From: an uncultured SAR86 cluster bacterium
GTDB taxonomy: Bacteria; Pseudomonadota; Gammaproteobacteria; Magnimaribacterales; D2472
Length of the DNA stretch: 64,000 nucleotides
NCBI GenBank assembly: GCA_902541175.1
Contig: CACBPP010000002.1
Location: 14,581-78,580 of the forward strand
Direction of reading: 5' to 3'
The position numbers and the translations under genes were made by a program. This document shows, in pieces, positions 59,438 through 64,000 of the stretch. Positions within the stretch are counted from its first letter, which is position 1. Each line of letters begins with the position of its first letter. The notes beneath the pieces were generated by a model that did not search any database, was not told where the DNA came from, and was given only the letters and a program-made list of their open reading frames with translations.

Positions 59438-60784
59438 TCAATAATTTATCTTCTTGGCATCAAACTTGTCTCTGAAATTTTTAATACGATTCCAGTCACC
59501 ATTAATAACAATTGTTTTACCTTCATCTTGAATGTTTAGATACATATTATTACCATCAGATGAAAAACAAATGCCAGCAATTTCTGAGCTACTATTACCA
59601 GCAACTCTTCCGAGTGGATAAAGCATACCATTTTGAGTACAACCAATTAATCTGCATGCATTGCTATCATTATCCTCACAGATAATGAGATCACCCCACG
59701 GTGTGACATTAATATTATCTCCTTCCCATAAGTCTTTTGTATCAGTTGATTCATAAAATAATGTGATTTTAGATTTACTTGGAGCATACGACCAAATTTG
59801 ACCCAGGCCTGCTTGACCGCCGTCTTTACAAGTAAAATAAATAACACTTTCTGAGTTAGCATCATTTGTAAAAATTATTCCTTCTCCACCACAAAAGATA
59901 GTTGCACCTTTTGATTTACCCTGAGTTTTTGTTCTTTTTTTCGAAGCACTTGGATCATCAATTAGGACCCAATCAACTGGAAAAGAATCGCCTGATTTTA
60001 TAGAACCATCTTTGTTCTCAGTGCTTTCTAAGTTCTTAATTCTAAGAGCTTCGAGAACACCTTCTCCGTCTAACTTATCTTTGATAGATGGTGTAAATTT
60101 ATAAAACAAGCCCATGGGATCGTCTTCTGTTTGATATATAGTGCCTTTTTTATCATTAATATCTACCGTGATAGCTTCTCTTTTAAATCTGCCCATTTCT
60201 GATAATCTTTTGAAACCATCTAAGGATTTTGTCTTTGGATTAATCTCAAACGCATAACCATGATCTCTATCGTAGGTTTCTTCACATGAAATCCAAGTAT
60301 TCCATGGTGTTTTTCCCCCAGCACAGTTCTTTTTTGTTCCTGTAAGACTTCTTCTTGAATCAATTACTTTTTTACCACTAGAGTCTAATATTAAGGTAGT
60401 AGTTCCACCATCATAAGGAATACCGAAACGTTTATCATATGCAGATATGGGATCAAGCCTCTTATCTAAATTATCTGTTTCATGATTTATTATAAGAGCA
60501 TTATTTCCATCATCTAACTTAAATGCTGCCATTCCATCGGGTCTTCTGCCATATGGAAGACCATCAGCCATAATATCTCCAGATGAAATTAGCACTTTGT
60601 ATGAGAAATTCATAGGTAAATCAAATAAACCAAGTGGGTCTGATAATAGAGAACCATCCCAAAAGTCATTAGTTGTACTTTTTAGGACAGAGCTCTTTAA
60701 AGGTCCAGTATAAGTATACAAAATAAATAAGGCAGAAGTCTTTGCAGTAAGTTTTAAAAACTCTCTTCTATTATTAATTGACAT
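59438..60784 (-). CDS. phoX: PhoX-family (DUF839) alkaline phosphatase, Tat-exported
   Basis: NRREFLK Tat motif; INHE, NCAGG.TPWNTWISCEE, GRFKRE, EDD, GEG, GDN, CED, SEIAG metal-ligand motifs. Confidence 0.85.
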   Translation of the reverse strand: MSINNRREFLKLTAKTSALFILYTYTGPLKSSVLKSTTNDFWDGSLLSDPLGLFDLPMNFSYKVLISSGDIMADGLPYGRRPDGMAAFKLDDGNNALIINHETDNLDKRLDPISAYDKRFGIPYDGGTTTLILDSSGKKVIDSRRSLTGTKKNCAGGKTPWNTWISCEETYDRDHGYAFEINPKTKSLDGFKRLSEMGRFKREAITVDINDKKGTIYQTEDDPMGLFYKFTPSIKDKLDGEGVLEALRIKNLESTENKDGSIKSGDSFPVDWVLIDDPSASKKRTKTQGKSKGATIFCGGEGIIFTNDANSESVIYFTCKDGGQAGLGQIWSYAPSKSKITLFYESTDTKDLWEGDNINVTPWGDLIICEDNDSNACRLIGCTQNGMLYPLGRVAGNSSSEIAGICFSSDGNNMYLNIQDEGKTIVINGDWNRIKNFRDKFDAKKINY

Positions 60785-60974
60785 TTATGTATATTAATAA
60801 CTTTTTAGATTTTTTAAATATATCTTTTTATATTTCACATAATTGTCTCATTTATGAAACTTTTTGATTGAAATATAATAACCAAACCTATACATGATTG
60901 TTGCATTTATTTAACAATGATAAGTTAAATTAATTTTTTAAAATTGTTTAGCTTAAAACTAAAATTAAATAGTA

Positions 60975-61688
60975 GTGATAATGAAAGACGAGGTTACAAT
61001 CGTTGTCCCGTGTAAAAATGAAGAGTCCTATATCTATTATTTGCTTGATAGTTTAAAGAAGCAAAAAGGCATGGAAGGCATAAGAATACTTATCGCAGAT
61101 TGCTCAACTGATAATACAAGAAGAGTTATTGAAAATCATAAAGAATGGTTGAATGTTAAAATTATTAAAGGTGGACCTGTTTCAGTCGCCAGAAATAACG
61201 GATCATATTTAGCAATCACGCCATATATTCTTTTCATAGACGCTGATGTTAGATTTTTTTCAAATACAGTAATCTACGATACTTTAAAACAAATGAAAGA
61301 GGAGGATTTACATTTAATGGGACTAAATATTAAATGTTATGACAAAGATCCAAGGGCTCAATTAAGTTTTTCAATATTTAATGTATTAAATAAAATAATG
61401 TCAAAGTGGATTCCTTTTGCTGTAGGAGCATATTTTCTAACTCGTAAAGATAGGTTTTATGAACATGGTAAATTTCCATGTAAGTATCCTACATCAGAGG
61501 ATTTTCACTTATCGAGGAAATATGATCCAAAGAAATTTAAAATTGCCAAACATTACTTTGGACAAGACAGCAGAAGGTTTAAAAAGATGGGATATTTAGG
61601 CATGTCCATTTATTTAATTAAAAATTTTTTATTTAAGGATAACCATAACTATTGGAATAACATAAATGAAAAACGATATTGGTCATAG
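60975..61688 (+). CDS. GT2 family glycosyltransferase
   Basis: IVVPCKNEE, ADCSTDNT, ARNNG, FIDAD (DxD), SED. Confidence 0.88.
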   Translation: MIMKDEVTIVVPCKNEESYIYYLLDSLKKQKGMEGIRILIADCSTDNTRRVIENHKEWLNVKIIKGGPVSVARNNGSYLAITPYILFIDADVRFFSNTVIYDTLKQMKEEDLHLMGLNIKCYDKDPRAQLSFSIFNVLNKIMSKWIPFAVGAYFLTRKDRFYEHGKFPCKYPTSEDFHLSRKYDPKKFKIAKHYFGQDSRRFKKMGYLGMSIYLIKNFLFKDNHNYWNNINEKRYWS

Positions 61689-62412
61689 AAGTGTATTCAT
61701 TTCAGATTTACATTTAGGTAGCAAACACTGCAAAGACAAAGAACTCTTAAAATTTCTTCAAGAAGTTAGAACAAAAAAGCTATATTTAGTCGGCGATATT
61801 ATTGATGGCTGGAGACTTAAGAAAAAATGGTATTGGCCAGATAATCATAATAGAATAATTAAACAACTTATTCGTATTTCAAAATATGCAGAAGTTTATT
61901 GGATTAGTGGTAATCATGACGAGTTCTTAAGAACAGTTCCAACGATTAACATTGGGAATATTGAAACACATAATAGAATGGTTCACGTGGGTGTTGATGA
62001 GAACAAATATCTCGTAGTACACGGAGATATGTTCGATTATTTGATGAGAACAAAATTTGGTAAAAGAATAATGTATATAGGTGATTGGGGTTACGATAGA
62101 TTAATTAATTTTAATTACCTATTAAATAAAGTGAGAGCATTCTTTGGTTATAAACCTTGGTCACTATCAAAATTCCTTAAAAGAAAAGCAAAGATAGCCA
62201 CAAATTTCATCGGTGAGTTTGAAACACAAATGATTAATTACGCCAGAATGAAAAAGTATGACGGAATTATATGTGGTCACATACATCATGCAGAAATTCG
62301 ACAACACGATGAAATTAAATATATGAATGATGGTGATTGGTGTGAAAGCTGTTCAGCGCTTATTGAAGATCATGAAGGTAACTGGTTCATAAAGTATTAT
62401 CAACCATTATAG
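61666..62412 (+). CDS. plcP: PlcP-like / LpxH-like metallophosphoesterase (phospholipase C)
   Basis: FISDLHLG, LVGDIIDGW, GNHDEFLR, HGDMFD, YKPWSLS, FIGEFE, CGHIHH, YMNDGDWCESCSALIE. Confidence 0.8.
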   Translation: MKNDIGHRSVFISDLHLGSKHCKDKELLKFLQEVRTKKLYLVGDIIDGWRLKKKWYWPDNHNRIIKQLIRISKYAEVYWISGNHDEFLRTVPTINIGNIETHNRMVHVGVDENKYLVVHGDMFDYLMRTKFGKRIMYIGDWGYDRLINFNYLLNKVRAFFGYKPWSLSKFLKRKAKIATNFIGEFETQMINYARMKKYDGIICGHIHHAEIRQHDEIKYMNDGDWCESCSALIEDHEGNWFIKYYQPL

Positions 62413-62413
62413 T

Positions 62414-62436
62414 TTTTGGTCACCATATGGTCACCA
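62414..62436 (+). repeat. TTTTGGTCACCATATGGTCACCA site, right copy
   Basis: Exact match to 58750-58772. Confidence 0.85.
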
Positions 62437-62464
62437 TGAAAATATAAGATTTATGTTTTAAAAA

Positions 62465-62540
<76 letters not shown>

Positions 62541-62600
62541 ATTGAAAACGATATTGTACATGATGGATAAAGAAGATGCAGAAGCCAATACTGAATGTAA

Positions 62601-63653
62601 TTATGATTTAGTGGATATAACCTTTTTGTCAGACTTTTTTAAAAGATAGTGTGAAACAAAATATTCTTTGCCATTATTTAATGCAAAGAAAGCATCACAA
62701 GATAAAAAAAAGATTCTCCATCTGTTGTACCAAATTTTTGGTTTATCATAGTATTTTCTAAATATTTCTAATATTTTTTTCTTATTTTTATAATGATTAT
62801 TTAACCAAGCTTTACAAGTTTTTGAATAGTTATTTCCATTAATATTCCATTGGTTAATAATTACCAATTCATCCTCAAAATACTCAAAGATGTCTCTACT
62901 TGGCATAATTCCTCCTTGAAAAAAATATTTTGTCATCCAATCAAAATTATTCTTCAATTCATAGAAGTATGTTAATTTTTTATGGCAAAAAATATGAATA
63001 AATAATCTTCCATCAGACTTTAATAATTTATTAAGAGATTTTAAGATCGATTTATAATTTCTAAGATGTTCAAACATTTCAATTGAAACAATACGATCAA
63101 AATGATTGTCTAAATCAAGGTTATTAACATCCATTTTAATAGCTTTAATATTTGATAAACCTCTTTTTTGAGCTTCATTTTTGATATAAGTAATTTGATC
63201 ACTAGAATTACTGATTGACGTTATGTTTGTGTTTGGATATTTTTTAGCTACAAAAAACGAAAAACTACCCCAACCACAACCTAGATCAAGAACGTCTTGG
63301 CCATTTTTAATTTCAGCTCTCTCTAAGTATAGATTAAGCATAGAATTTTCTGCTTCATCTAAAGAATGATCGTTATCAAATAAAGAGCAAGAATATTTTA
63401 GGTTTGAACCAAGAACTTGATTAAAAAATTCAGGAGGAACTTCATAATGTTGTTCATTGGCATCATATGTTTTTTCAGCAACAGCACCTTTAGAAAGCGC
63501 GCTGATGATTACGTCCTTATTATTAGAATGAGTTGATTCAATTAAACGCCTAGAGGATATATGTCGTGCAGCGATTTTAATTAAGGAATCAGGAATAAAA
63601 CCTGATTCTGCTAGTAATAAGAGAAATCTAGTCATATGTTGCATAACATTCAT
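62601..63653 (-). CDS. SAM-dependent methyltransferase, cyclopropane-fatty-acid-synthase-like
   Basis: NEQHYEVPPEFF, LKYSCS, LDLGCGWGS, SIEMFEHLRN, GRLFIHIFCH. Confidence 0.88.
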   Translation of the reverse strand: MNVMQHMTRFLLLLAESGFIPDSLIKIAARHISSRRLIESTHSNNKDVIISALSKGAVAEKTYDANEQHYEVPPEFFNQVLGSNLKYSCSLFDNDHSLDEAENSMLNLYLERAEIKNGQDVLDLGCGWGSFSFFVAKKYPNTNITSISNSSDQITYIKNEAQKRGLSNIKAIKMDVNNLDLDNHFDRIVSIEMFEHLRNYKSILKSLNKLLKSDGRLFIHIFCHKKLTYFYELKNNFDWMTKYFFQGGIMPSRDIFEYFEDELVIINQWNINGNNYSKTCKAWLNNHYKNKKKILEIFRKYYDKPKIWYNRWRIFFLSCDAFFALNNGKEYFVSHYLLKKSDKKVISTKS

Positions 63654-63658
63654 AATTT

Positions 63659-64000
63659 TTAATTGAGATAAATTACTTCGCCAGGAATAAGAATGTCAAA
63701 ATTTACTAAATTACTTTTTTGAAGAGCTTTTTTAAGTCTCTTAGGAGGTTCAAGTGTATCCTCAGCAGTTAAAGTGAAGGTACCCCAATGCATTCCAAAA
63801 CTTCTTTCAGCCTCAAGATCTTTCATTATTTTAATTGCATCCTCTGGATTAACATGACTTTCAGACATAAACCATTCTGGATCATAGGCTCCTATTGGAA
63901 TAAAAGCATATTTTGGTGATCCCAGAGTTTCTTTAGTTTTAATAAAATCATTTGAGTAACCAGTATCACCAGCATGGAATATTGAAAATTTATCCGTCTG
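63659..64000 (-). CDS. MBL-fold hydrolase, NAPE-PLD-like (5' part beyond window)
   Basis: Frame open to window edge: FHAGDTGYS, PIGAYDPEWFMSESHVNPEDA, GMHWGTF. Confidence 0.85.
   Translation of the reverse strand, partial: QTDKFSIFHAGDTGYSNDFIKTKETLGSPKYAFIPIGAYDPEWFMSESHVNPEDAIKIMKDLEAERSFGMHWGTFTLTAEDTLEPPKRLKKALQKSNLVNFDILIPGEVIYLN

Noticed and set aside
58750-62436. CRISPR-like repeats
   Set aside because: Only two copies 3.7 kb apart, no spacer array, no cas genes.

Overview
Low-GC, gene-dense bacterial chromosome segment with minimal intergenic DNA. Gene content is gammaproteobacterial (nhaB, dusA, rnt, grxD, two-domain queF, TtpC-type TonB2 operon) with TonB-dependent receptors and many lipid/fatty-acid enzymes, which suggests a streamlined marine SAR86-like genome (inference, not a database result). 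Mostly housekeeping: metG, pdxJ, cofE, panBCD-coaBC, four tRNAs (Arg-ACG, Arg-TCG, Ser-GGA, Ala-GGC), ABC/RND transporters, LOS-type glycosyltransferases, tdk, alternative oxidase. Two regions stand out. (1) 58602-62509 is a 3.9-kb cassette bounded by an exact 47-bp duplication of the tRNA-Ala(GGC) 3' half that ends at the anticodon loop. It has an identical 23-bp tandem site inside each end, resembling integrase arm-type sites, but no integrase, and carries a phosphate-starvation cargo (PhoX, GT2, PlcP-like phosphoesterase, secreted unknown). (2) 21056-21561 has a near-perfect LexA box inside a consensus sigma70 promoter driving an apparently leaderless 72-aa orphan ending in a beta-clamp-binding-like motif (QLEFSF). 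This is followed by a ~200-nt structured, terminator-bounded segment with a 16-codon hydrophobic ORF whose ribosome-binding site is hairpin-sequestered. No CRISPR array, rRNA, transposase or integrase was seen. All family calls are from motif recognition by eye.
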